Assembly: GCF_010730055.1 (NCBI RefSeq)
Contig: NZ_AP022575.1
Location: 1,395,640 to 1,427,639, forward strand
Reading direction: 5' to 3'
Length of the DNA stretch: 32,000 nucleotides
From: Mycobacterium shinjukuense
GTDB lineage: Bacteria > Actinomycetota > Actinomycetes > Mycobacteriales > Mycobacteriaceae
In this document: positions 1 through 7,172 of the stretch, in pieces
How the letters are laid out: each line of letters begins with the position of its first letter
Position numbering within the stretch: the stretch's first letter is position 1
The notes under the pieces: generated by a model
Database searches by the model: none
Told to the model about the DNA's origin: nothing
The model's input: the letters and a program-made list of their open reading frames with translations, nothing else
Translations under genes and position numbers: made by a program

Positions 1-1054
1 ATCCGCGCACCGCCTGCAGGGTCAGCCGATCGCCGTCGAAAACCGGCTTCGCCGGACGTTGCGGCGCCCCGTCGGCGGTGCAGTCGATGTACAGGGCCGA
101 CGGTGAGGAGTTGATCGATCCGCCGTCGAGCACGATTGTGGTGGGCTCGATGTGCTGCACGTGCCCAAGCCGCACCACATCGTCGATTTGGCGCAGTTGG
201 TCGTATTCGGGCTGTGACACCGTCGCGCAGCGATACATGGTCGGACGTATCGCGGGGTCCAGGCGCAGTAACGTGCCGGCGGCCTCGAGCCGGGCGAACA
301 GATCGTCGATCGACGTTGCGGCGTCGATGGCCTCGAGCGTGGCACCGTAGCTGTCCCGGAACTGCTTGATGAACGCCGGCCCGGGCTGCAACGTCGCCCG
401 GTCGATCAGCCAGGAATCGCGCGGCCTGATCCACGTCAGCCTCCTCGGGCCAATGCCGTTTCGCAGCAACCACAGGCAGACGTCCATGCCGGTCTTGCCG
501 GCACCGACGACCACGTACCGGTCCCGCGTGGTGAACTTCGGTAGTTCGTTGGGCGCGATGCAATCGATGCCCGGTGCCACCGAGTACGGCGCGGGCCGCA
601 TGGACGGCACGACGGCGCGCAAATAGGTGGCATCGACGATCCGCCGCTGGACGGTGACGGCGTAGTCCGCGCCCCCGAGCGTGCGGAACCGGCCGTCGCC
701 GAGATACTCGCTCATCGGGAAGTACTCCACCCGCCCGGTGGGAAGAAACTGCTGCTGCATGACGGCGTCGAAATAGGCGCATATCTCCCCGACGGGAGCG
801 AGTTCGTTCAGTCCGCGATTCCAGCCGACGGCGTCAATGGTGTTGTTGCCCAACGGTCTTGAGTTGACGCCGTAGTATGCCGACGGCTGGTGGAGTCGCA
901 CGAACGGGTAGGCGGTGGTCCAGTGTCCACCCGGCTGGTGCGCTCGGTCGACGATCACCACACGCGCCTCGGATTCGGTGATGAGCGTATCGGTAAACGC
1001 CATACCCATGGCTCCGGCACCGACCACCAGATAGTCGGCGTCGATGGCTTTCAT
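1..1054 (-). CDS. FAD/NAD(P)-binding oxidoreductase (flavin-monooxygenase-like); 3' end runs off the window
   Basis: Own translation from ATG (complement of 1054-1052): MKAIDADYLVVGAGAMGMAFTDTLITESEARVVIVDRAHQPGGHW... The frame stays open down to position 2. Two GxGxxG dinucleotide-binding motifs (VVGAGAMG, VVGAGKTG). Absent from the ORF track because there is no stop inside the window. Confidence 0.8.
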   Translation of the reverse strand, partial: MKAIDADYLVVGAGAMGMAFTDTLITESEARVVIVDRAHQPGGHWTTAYPFVRLHQPSAYYGVNSRPLGNNTIDAVGWNRGLNELAPVGEICAYFDAVMQQQFLPTGRVEYFPMSEYLGDGRFRTLGGADYAVTVQRRIVDATYLRAVVPSMRPAPYSVAPGIDCIAPNELPKFTTRDRYVVVGAGKTGMDVCLWLLRNGIGPRRLTWIRPRDSWLIDRATLQPGPAFIKQFRDSYGATLEAIDAATSIDDLFARLEAAGTLLRLDPAIRPTMYRCATVSQPEYDQLRQIDDVVRLGHVQHIEPTTIVLDGGSINSSPSALYIDCTADGAPQRPAKPVFDGDRLTLQAVRG

Positions 1055-1164
1055 GGCCCTCCCTGTGCACCCGCTTCGGTGAACGACTGTTGCGCCACGA
1101 TAGCGCCTGACCGGGTCGGCGGCGCGCGTGCCGGTCCGCGGTCCGGCGCGAAACAATTCAGCTC

Positions 1165-1201
1165 TTGCTGTTATATCAGTCTCAGCTGTACAGTTTTATT
1201 T
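1165..1201 (+). promoter_or_regulatory. cmtR promoter/operator candidate (CTG..CAG palindromes, -10-like TACAGT, probably leaderless start)
   Basis: AT-rich patch in GC-rich DNA. Near-palindrome CTGTTATATCAG (1168-1179). Palindromes CAGCTG and CTGTACAG within 1183-1193. TACAGT at 1189-1194 lies 7 nt before the ATG at 1202. ArsR/SmtB repressors bind hyphenated inverted repeats over their own promoters. Confidence 0.4.
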
Positions 1202-1570
1202 ATGCTGACGTGTGAGACCCGGGAATCGGCACTGGCACGGCTGGGCCGGGCGTTGGCCGATCCGACGCGCTGCCGGATCCTGGTGGCGCTGCTCGATGGG
1301 GTGTGCTATCCGGGCCAGCTGGCTTCCCACCTCGGGTTGACGCGCTCCAACGTGTCCAACCACCTGTCCTGCCTGCGGGGCTGTGGGCTGGTGATCGCTA
1401 CCTATGAGGGCCGGCAGGTCCGGTACGCGCTGGCCGACAGTCACCTGGCCCGTGCCCTGGGGGAGTTGGTCCAGGTCGTCTTGGCGGTGGATACCGACCA
1501 ACCCTGCGTCACCGAGCACGCGACGTCGGAGGCGCTCGTGACCACAGCCGATCAGAACAGGAGGAGTTGA
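1202..1570 (+). CDS. cmtR: ArsR/SmtB-family Cd/Pb-sensing repressor CmtR
   Basis: MLTCETRESALARLGRALADPTRCRILVALLDGVCYPGQLASHLGLTRSNVSNHLSCLRGCGLV... is near-identical over most of its length to Mtb CmtR (Rv1994c) as recalled. The metal-ligand cysteines fall at positions 57, 61 and 102. It is followed by DUF1490 and ctpG, as in Mtb. Confidence 0.9.
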   Translation: MLTCETRESALARLGRALADPTRCRILVALLDGVCYPGQLASHLGLTRSNVSNHLSCLRGCGLVIATYEGRQVRYALADSHLARALGELVQVVLAVDTDQPCVTEHATSEALVTTADQNRRS

Positions 1571-1572
1571 CA

Positions 1573-1863
1573 GTGGTTTCCCATGCGCTTTTGGTGAAGG
1601 CGGCCGGCACGGTAGCGACCGGGCTGGTCGGGGTGACTGCCTATCAAGCGCTGCGCACGGCGGTCGGCACGGCTCCCGTTCGGCGAGCCGCGGTAACCGC
1701 GACGGAATGGGGTCTGCGCGGAACCCGGGGCGCGGCGGTGGCGGCCGAGTCGGCCCGGCTGAAAATCGCTGACGTGGTTGCCGAGGCTCGCGAACGCATC
1801 GGTGAAGACGCCTGGCAGTCGGCCCCGACCGCGACCACCGAGGCAGCCGATGTTGACCGCTGA
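1573..1863 (+). CDS. DUF1490-type small protein (Rv1993c-like)
   Basis: ORF 1567..1863. GTG at 1573 is preferred because AGGAG (1562-1566) lies 6 nt upstream. It overlaps the cmtR stop and sits between cmtR and ctpG, as Rv1993c does in Mtb. Confidence 0.65.
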   Translation: MVSHALLVKAAGTVATGLVGVTAYQALRTAVGTAPVRRAAVTATEWGLRGTRGAAVAAESARLKIADVVAEARERIGEDAWQSAPTATTEAADVDR

Positions 1864-4165
1864 TGCGCGCCCGGACACCGACGTCCTGCTGACCGTTGTG
1901 TCCGCCGCGGCCGGGCGGATGCGGGTGCACGCCACCGGGTTTCGGTTCGACGCGGTCCGAGCCGTCGCCATCGAGGACACGATTGGCCGGCTGCCCGGCG
2001 TGCGGGCCGTGCAGGCGTATCCGCGAACGGCGTCGGTGGTGATCTGGTATTCGCGGGGGCGCTGCGACACCGCCGCGATGCTGGCGGCGATCGCCGATGC
2101 CGCCCAGCTTCCCGCGGTGACGGTGCCCGCGCGGGCCCCGCACTCGGCCGATATCCGCCGGGTCGGTGTCGTGCGGAAGGTTATCGACTGGACCGCGCGC
2201 ACGCGGTCGGGTCGGCGCCGCGACGTGTCGGGCCGCGACGCCTGCGGGTGCGATCACGATGACAACGAGGACCGTGCACCCGAGGGGCTCTGGCACGTCT
2301 GGAAGCTGCGACGAGCCGCGGTGTCCGGGGCGCTGTGGACCGCCGGGGCGATTGCCGCCTGGGCCGGTCCGCTCGGGCCGGTCGCGCTGGGACTCAAGGC
2401 ACTGGCCTTGGCGGTCGGGGCCTCGACGTTCGTGCCGGCCAGCCTCCAGCGAGCGGCCGAGGGCCGCATCGGCGTGGGCACCTTGATGACCATCGCCGCG
2501 GCCGGCGCCGTCGCACTGGGTCAGGTCGGTGAGGCGGCCACCTTGGCATTCCTGTTCTCGATCAGCGAGGGCTTGGAGGAATACGCGGTGGCGCGCACCC
2601 GGCGCGGCCTGCGGGCCCTGCTGTCACTGGTGCCGGATCGGGCCACGGTGCTGCGGGGGGGCGCCGAAACCACCGTCGCCACGGCCGATCTGCGCGTCGG
2701 CGAGCAGATGATCGTCAAGCCCGGGGAACGCCTCGCCACCGACGGCATCATTCGTGCCGGGCACACCGCGCTGGACGTCTCGGCGATCACCGGCGAATCG
2801 GTGCCGGTGGAGGCCGGGCCCGGTGACGAAGTGTTCGCCGGGTCGATCAACGGCGCCGGCGTGCTGCAGGTGGAGGTCACCGCGACCGCCGAGGAGAACT
2901 CGCTGGCGCGGATCGTGCACATCGTGGAAGCCGAACAGGCCCGCAAGGGCGCTGGTCAGCGGCTGGCCGATCGCATCGCGCGACCATTGGTGCCCGGCAT
3001 CATGATCGCCGCCACGCTGATCGCCGCGACTGGCAGCGTGTTGGGTAACCCGCTGGTCTGGATCGAACGCGCTCTGGTGGTGCTGGTCGCGGCCTCCCCG
3101 TGCGCGCTGGCCATCGCGGTGCCGGTGTCGGTCGTGGCGGCCATCGGCGCCGCCGCCAAACTCGGCGTACTCATCAAGGGCGGCGCCGCGCTGGAAGGCC
3201 TGGGCACCGTGGGCGACATCGCGCTGGACAAAACCGGAACGTTGACCGCCAACCGGCCCGCCGTCATCGACGTCGCGACCGCCAACGGCGTCACCCGCGA
3301 GCAGGTGCTGGCGGTGGCCGCCGCGTTGGAGGCCCAAAGCGAACACCCGCTGGCCGCCGCCATTCTCGCCGCAACCCCGGCACCGACCGCCGCCGCCAGC
3401 GACGTGCAGGCCATCCCCGGGGCCGGACTGACCGGGCATCTCGATGGGCATGCCGTCCGCCTGGGGCGGCCCGGCTGGCTCGACCCGGCCGACCTGGCCG
3501 AGCGGGTGGCGCGCATGCAACACGCTGGGGCCACAGCGGTCCTCGTCGAACGCGACCATCAGCTGCTGGGCGCCATCGCCGTGCGCGACGAACTGCGTCC
3601 CGAAGCCAGCGAAGTCATCACCGGGCTACGCGCCGCCGGCTACCGGGTGACGATGCTCACCGGCGACAACCACGCCACCGCCGCCGCCCTGGCGGCCCAA
3701 GCCGGAATCGAGCACGTCCATGCCGAGTTGCGCCCCGAGGACAAGGCCCAGCTGGTCGGCCGGCTGCGCGCCCAACGACCCACCGCGATGGTCGGCGACG
3801 GCGTCAACGACGCTCCGGCCCTGGCCGCCGCCGACCTGGGCATCGCGATGGGCGCAATGGGAACCGACGTCGCCATCGAAACCGCCGACGTTGCCCTGAT
3901 GGGCCAAGACCTGCGTCACCTGCCGCAAGCGTTGGACCATGCCCGCCGCTGCCGGCGGATCATGCTGCAAAACGTCGGGCTATCGCTGACCATCATCACC
4001 GTGCTGATGCCGCTGGCGTTGTTCGGAACCCTCGGCCTGGCCGCGGTCGTGCTGGTGCACGAACTCACCGAGGTGATCGTGATCGCCAACGGCGTGCGCG
4101 CCGGACGCATCACGCCGCTGGTGCCGACCCCGTGCCGTAGCCAACGAAGCGACACATCACGGTGA
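1850..4165 (+). CDS. ctpG: P1B-type heavy-metal-translocating ATPase CtpG
   Basis: From ATG 1850 (MLTADARPDTDVLLTVVSAAAGRMRVHATGF...) the product is colinear with Mtb CtpG as recalled. DKTGTLT phosphorylation motif at 3227-3247. Also GDGVNDAP and TGES. The TM6 motif SPC is at 3095-3103. A Cys/His/Asp-rich linker reads DACGCDHDDNED. The longer ORF start at 1778 was rejected by alignment to the Mtb N-terminus. Confidence 0.92.
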   Translation: MLTADARPDTDVLLTVVSAAAGRMRVHATGFRFDAVRAVAIEDTIGRLPGVRAVQAYPRTASVVIWYSRGRCDTAAMLAAIADAAQLPAVTVPARAPHSADIRRVGVVRKVIDWTARTRSGRRRDVSGRDACGCDHDDNEDRAPEGLWHVWKLRRAAVSGALWTAGAIAAWAGPLGPVALGLKALALAVGASTFVPASLQRAAEGRIGVGTLMTIAAAGAVALGQVGEAATLAFLFSISEGLEEYAVARTRRGLRALLSLVPDRATVLRGGAETTVATADLRVGEQMIVKPGERLATDGIIRAGHTALDVSAITGESVPVEAGPGDEVFAGSINGAGVLQVEVTATAEENSLARIVHIVEAEQARKGAGQRLADRIARPLVPGIMIAATLIAATGSVLGNPLVWIERALVVLVAASPCALAIAVPVSVVAAIGAAAKLGVLIKGGAALEGLGTVGDIALDKTGTLTANRPAVIDVATANGVTREQVLAVAAALEAQSEHPLAAAILAATPAPTAAASDVQAIPGAGLTGHLDGHAVRLGRPGWLDPADLAERVARMQHAGATAVLVERDHQLLGAIAVRDELRPEASEVITGLRAAGYRVTMLTGDNHATAAALAAQAGIEHVHAELRPEDKAQLVGRLRAQRPTAMVGDGVNDAPALAAADLGIAMGAMGTDVAIETADVALMGQDLRHLPQALDHARRCRRIMLQNVGLSLTIITVLMPLALFGTLGLAAVVLVHELTEVIVIANGVRAGRITPLVPTPCRSQRSDTSR

Positions 4166-4384
4166 CATTGGATCCGGGTGTTGTCGGCGCGCGCGGTGCG
4201 ACGCGGTTTGAGTGGCGAGCCCACCCGGCGGCGCCGAACCGTGTTCCACCGGCCGGTTTTCCGGTGTGCGATGGGGTCGATCCGCTGCGCGGGGAAGTTT
4301 TTCGGGCGTCGGCACAAAACGTCACAGTGACGAAATGCGGGCTGGCCGATTCTCTCCGTTGGTGCTACCTATTGGCACCAGGAC

Positions 4385-4416
4385 ATGCGAATATGCATGA
4401 TAATATGCGAATATGC
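4385..4416 (+). promoter_or_regulatory. vapB operator/promoter candidate: ATGCGAATATGC x2 (20-bp phasing), AATATGC x3
   Basis: ATGCGAATATGC at 4385-4396 and 4405-4416. AATATGC at 4390, 4402 and 4410. The last copy contains the vapB ATG (4413). TAATAT at 4401-4406 is a -10-like hexamer 7 nt upstream of the ATG, which suggests a leaderless transcript. Confidence 0.5.
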
Positions 4417-4658
4417 CTAAGACGGTTCAGATTCGCGACATCGACGACGAGGTGTATGCCGGCCTGCTGCGTCGCGCCGGCGAGGAGGGGATCACGGTGC
4501 CGGAATTGCTGCGCCGTGAGGCGGCCCGATTGGCGGCCCGGCCGTCGGTGGCGCAGTGGCTGGCGCGCACCGGGCGGCGGCCCTCAGCGGTGTCCACGGC
4601 CGAGGTGCTGGCGACCTTGGACGAGTGGCGTGGCGAGTGGCCGGATGCTCGTCGTTGA
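4413..4658 (+). CDS. vapB: VapB-type antitoxin (RHH/FitA-like)
   Basis: MPKTVQIRDIDDEVYAGLLRRAGEEGITVPELLRRE... is a typical ribbon-helix-helix antitoxin N-terminus. There is a 14-nt overlap with the downstream PIN gene. Confidence 0.8.
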   Translation: MPKTVQIRDIDDEVYAGLLRRAGEEGITVPELLRREAARLAARPSVAQWLARTGRRPSAVSTAEVLATLDEWRGEWPDARR

Positions 4659-5043
4659 TGCCTCGTGCCTGTTCGAGGTCGTAGCGGACACCCCCCGGGC
4701 GGGTGCGATCGCGACCCGGTTGGCCGCCGATACCGATCAGGCGGCGCCACATGTGGTTGACGTCGAGGTGATGGGGGTGATCCGCGCCCAGTACCTCAAG
4801 GGGCACCTGGACGGCACAGCCGCAAGTCAGGCGGTCGCCGATTTGCGGGATTGGCCGGGCGAGCGTATCGGGCATCGGTGGCTGCTGGAGCGGGCCTGGG
4901 AGCTGCGAGACTCGGTGCGGGGATGGGATGCGTTCTACGTGGCGCTGGCGGAGGTATTCGATGCAACGCTGCTGACGATGGACGAACGACTGGCCCGCGC
5001 GCACGGGCCCACCTGCCGGATCGAAGTCCTAGGCATCGCGTGA
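4645..5043 (+). CDS. vapC: PIN-domain toxin VapC
   Basis: MLVVDASCLFEVV... (Asp5), later ..WDAFYVALAE.. and ..LLTMDERL.. supply the acidic PIN residues. ATG 4645 lies inside the longer track ORF 4162..5043, and the upstream part of that ORF is intergenic. Confidence 0.85.
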   Translation: MLVVDASCLFEVVADTPRAGAIATRLAADTDQAAPHVVDVEVMGVIRAQYLKGHLDGTAASQAVADLRDWPGERIGHRWLLERAWELRDSVRGWDAFYVALAEVFDATLLTMDERLARAHGPTCRIEVLGIA

Positions 5044-5092
5044 TCGTCGCTGACCAAACGGGTGCCCCAACGCAACGTCACCATGACGAACC

Positions 5093-5300
5093 TCTGAGGA
5101 GGTGCGGCGTTCGGTCGCGTCCCAACGTCTGCACTGCTGCATCGCCCGCGACTTGGTCTTCGAGCACGCCGGTGACTACGACACCCGGTGGTCGGCGATC
5201 AAGGCGATCGCGGGCTAGTTGGGGATGAGCCCGGCAGTGCTGGTCTAGGCGTGGTCTAGGCGGCGCCAACGACAACAGCGGCGCCGGACGCCGAAGTCCG
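5093..5300 (+). pseudogene. IS3-family transposase OrfA fragment (HTH region) with in-frame stops
   Basis: Frame translation: SEEVRRSVASQRLHCCIARDLVFEHAGDYDTRWSAIKAIAG*LGMSPAVLV*AWSRRRQRQQRRRTPKS. It resembles the IS3/IS6110-type OrfA pattern (..ELRERAVRMV...G....EWAAI..VA..LG...ETLRKWVRQAQ.D.G.RPG). In-frame TAG at 5216-5218 and 5246-5248. Confidence 0.5.
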
Positions 5301-5359
5301 TGTCGGGGAGGTGGTTTCCAGCGAAATCATGGTTACCAAGTTTATGGTATTTTAATGGT

Positions 5360-5593
5360 GTGCGGACTACCATCGATAAGGCCGGTCGTTTGGTGATCCC
5401 AAAGTCACTACGCGAACAGTCGGGCATCATCTCGGGTGAGGTGGAGGTATCGCTGGATGGGGCTGCTATCCGGATCGAAAGCGTGGTAGCCGACAACCTT
5501 GTCGAAGAGGACGGGTTACTCCTCCTTCCCAGTGGCGGGCCAGCGCTTGATGCCGACGCGGTTAGGGAGTTACGGCTTGCCGACCAGCGCTGA
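5360..5593 (+). CDS. vapB: AbrB/SpoVT-fold antitoxin (VapB/MazE-like)
   Basis: From GTG 5360: VRTTIDKAGRLVIPKSLREQSGIISGEVEVSLDGAAIRIE... is a classic AbrB/SpoVT swapped-hairpin N-terminus. The AT-rich upstream region has three ATGGT repeats and TATTTT 6 nt before the GTG. Confidence 0.8.
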   Translation: MRTTIDKAGRLVIPKSLREQSGIISGEVEVSLDGAAIRIESVVADNLVEEDGLLLLPSGGPALDADAVRELRLADQR

Positions 5594-6011
5594 ACATGCC
5601 CTAGTCGACACCAGCGCGGCCCTTGCGCTGGTGCAGCGCGAGAACCCATTTCACCTTGCCGCTCGAGCAAGGCTGCTCGCATGCCGACGTGGGCTGTCGG
5701 GGCATGCCGCGGTGGAGCTGTTGTCGGTACTGACGCGACTGCGGCCGCCGCAGCGCCTGAGTCCGGTTGCGGCACTGCGCCTTGAGGAGACCAATTTTCC
5801 GGAGTCTCGCTTCCTGTCCGCCGCGGATACGAAGGGTCTATTGCGGGAGTTCGCGGAAGCGGGCTTGGCCGGCGGCGCGCTGTACGACGGTCTCGTGGGT
5901 GCGGCTGCTCGTAAGCACAAGCTGCCCCTCGTCACGTGCGACCGACGGGCCGAACCGACATATCGACTGCTCGGTGCCGACTACGAACTGCTATCGCCGA
6001 TTTCGCGCTAA
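5550..6011 (+). CDS. vapC: PIN-domain toxin VapC
   Basis: ..AEHALVDTSAALALVQ... and C-terminal ..LPLVTCDRRA.. indicate a PIN fold. The start is uncertain: ATG 5550, or TTG 5577 preceded by GGGAG (5565-5569). Either start overlaps the antitoxin 3' end. Confidence 0.8.
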   Translation: MPTRLGSYGLPTSAEHALVDTSAALALVQRENPFHLAARARLLACRRGLSGHAAVELLSVLTRLRPPQRLSPVAALRLEETNFPESRFLSAADTKGLLREFAEAGLAGGALYDGLVGAAARKHKLPLVTCDRRAEPTYRLLGADYELLSPISR

Positions 6012-6089
6012 TGGCAAAACTCACGAGTGAGCGAACGAAAGATACGTCGAGGAAGGCCACGGAGACCATCCACGGATTCAGGCTAAGGA

Positions 6090-6381
6090 GTCGTGCCTCC
6101 GCTGCCGCGGCAACTCAATGCCGATAAGCGACATTATGTCAGGTAACCGTCGAGGACCAGGATGTGCTGGCCGGTCAGGCGGCGTTGGCCCCCCCGTCCG
6201 CTACGTCACTACTCGCGAAGGCTCGACTTCGGGCAGCTGCTGCGGGCCCACAACGGCGAAGTTGGATAAAGATCGCGCCCTTCGACTGTGACGACGATAC
6301 GGGCGTGCGCTCCGGCCGCTGGGTATGATTTCCCCGGTCGAGTTCGAAAACCGACTCACTCAGACGGCACAAGCCGCCTGA
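6090..6381 (+). pseudogene. IS3-family transposase OrfB (rve/DDE) remnants with internal deletion and frame breaks
   Basis: 6090-6146 encodes VVPPLPRQLNADKRHYVR*, which resembles the N-terminal rve motif ..PNQLWVADITYVRT. 6322-6381 encodes ..LGMISPVEFENRLTQTAQAA*, the typical IS3 OrfB C-terminus (..HSALGY.SPVEFE..). The roughly 170 bp between them is far too short for a DDE core. Confidence 0.5.
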
Positions 6382-6460
6382 CCCTGTGTCCACCATTACG
6401 GGTCAACCCCACTAGGACGTAACTATACGGCGGATTCGAACCATGGCGAGTTCCCGCACA

Positions 6461-6490
6461 GTTCATGGATAATCGACATTATCCATGAAC
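6461..6490. repeat. Perfect 13-bp inverted repeat with 4-nt loop (GTTCATGGATAAT cgac ATTATCCATGAAC); possible vapC terminator or protein site
   Basis: Verified by reverse-complementing the arms. It lies 16 nt beyond the stop (6506-6508) of the minus-strand vapC. There is no U-tract on either strand. Confidence 0.6.
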
Positions 6491-6505
6491 AAAGGGCTCA
6501 TCTGA

Positions 6506-6928
6506 TTAGATGCTCCCGCGTGCTAGCACCCAGCGGTGCTGGAACGCCAATACCGTCGCCGCCGTTTCGAAGTCGGCATCATAGTGGACAACGGTGAGTT
6601 GGTCTGCAGCCGCGAGGGTGGCGGTAAGCAGGTCGGCCATGCCGACGGCTCGATGTTGGCCGGTTCGCGCCAATGCTCGCTGTGCGCCCAGTGCGGTCTG
6701 CCAATGCTCGTCATTGGTCGGCAGATACTCGTAGGCGTCGCGGCGGTCCGCCCAGAGCTGTTCGTATTCGGCCGGGCCGCGGGCGCTGTAGAGCGCTTCG
6801 GCATCCAGCGACGCTGTTGTCGCAACCACGCCGCCTTCGATAAGTGGTCGCAGGCGCCGCGATACCTCTGGGTGGCGCATCCTCGCGGCGGCGCTGGTAT
6901 CGATGAGATAACGGGCGATCAGCGCCAC
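6506..6928 (-). CDS. vapC: PIN-domain toxin VapC
   Basis: MALIARYLIDTSAAARM...VVHYDADFE... shows the PIN signature residues. It overlaps the upstream antitoxin by 10 nt. Confidence 0.85.
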   Translation of the reverse strand: MALIARYLIDTSAAARMRHPEVSRRLRPLIEGGVVATTASLDAEALYSARGPAEYEQLWADRRDAYEYLPTNDEHWQTALGAQRALARTGQHRAVGMADLLTATLAAADQLTVVHYDADFETAATVLAFQHRWVLARGSI

Positions 6929-7125
6929 ACTTCCCCGCGCTCATCCGGATTGGCCATGCCCTCAAGCCCGCCATGTTCAAGCCAGTCGATCTGGCGGGCC
7001 CGCGCGGACTTGGCCGCCACTTGCTGCAGCGCGATCCGCACGGTGTCTGATACTCCAGTGGTCCTTAGTTCTCGCTGCGCGGCTGCCAGGAGCTCATCGT
7101 CGAGGTCGATCAATCTCTTGGGCAT
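6919..7125 (-). CDS. vapB: VapB antitoxin (Rv0623/VapB21-like type)
   Basis: ATG at complement 7125-7123: MPKRLIDLDDELLAAAQRELRTTGVSDTVRIALQQV... (68 aa), the I/LD.DD.LL..A pattern of this mycobacterial VapB class. The long 5' extension of track ORF 6919..7440 was rejected. Confidence 0.8.
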   Translation of the reverse strand: MPKRLIDLDDELLAAAQRELRTTGVSDTVRIALQQVAAKSARARQIDWLEHGGLEGMANPDERGEVWR

Positions 7126-7141
7126 GCCGCCCCCATCTTGC

Positions 7142-7172
7142 GTATATATGCATTGCCCAGCCAGTATATACT
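7142..7172. promoter_or_regulatory. vapBC operator/promoter candidate (GTATATA N16 TATATAC; palindrome AGTATATACT)
   Basis: AT-rich inverted repeats 17-47 nt upstream of the minus-strand vapB start at 7125. Confidence 0.45.

Noticed and set aside
1196-4140. Long ORFs antisense to or out of frame with cmtR/ctpG (1196..2296 -, 2624..3559 -, 3100..4140 +, 2956..3534 -)
   Set aside because: Their translations are Arg/Pro/Gly/Ala-rich and low in complexity, which is typical of off-frame reading of high-GC genes. The in-frame CtpG and CmtR products carry full motif sets and account for the DNA.
4166-4384. Small palindromes after ctpG (CGTCACAGTGACG at 4320-4332; TGGTGC..GCACCA at about 4360-4381; ACCGG..CCGGT at about 4247-4265) as possible terminators or operators
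   Set aside because: The stems are short (5-6 bp), there are no U-tracts and no phasing. Structures like this are expected by chance in 220 bp of GC-rich DNA. They are mentioned only for completeness.
5936-6127. 63-codon ORF (inner MAKLTSERTKDTSRKATETIHGFRL...) just after vapC
   Set aside because: It is low in complexity with no recognisable family. It overlaps the region that reads as a decayed IS3 OrfB in another frame, so it is probably non-coding.
6421-6446. tRNA-like T-loop sequence on the minus strand (GGTTCGAATCCGCCG...), a possible tRNA 3'-end att remnant next to the vapBC cassette
   Set aside because: The 5' half of a T-stem is not complementary (CATGG versus CCGCC). The would-be acceptor strand GTATAGT is implausibly AT-rich. 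No cloverleaf can be drawn from the upstream 70 nt, which instead form the 13-bp hairpin. No full tRNA is nearby. I treat it as coincidence, although an island-boundary origin cannot be excluded without a genome-wide tRNA comparison.
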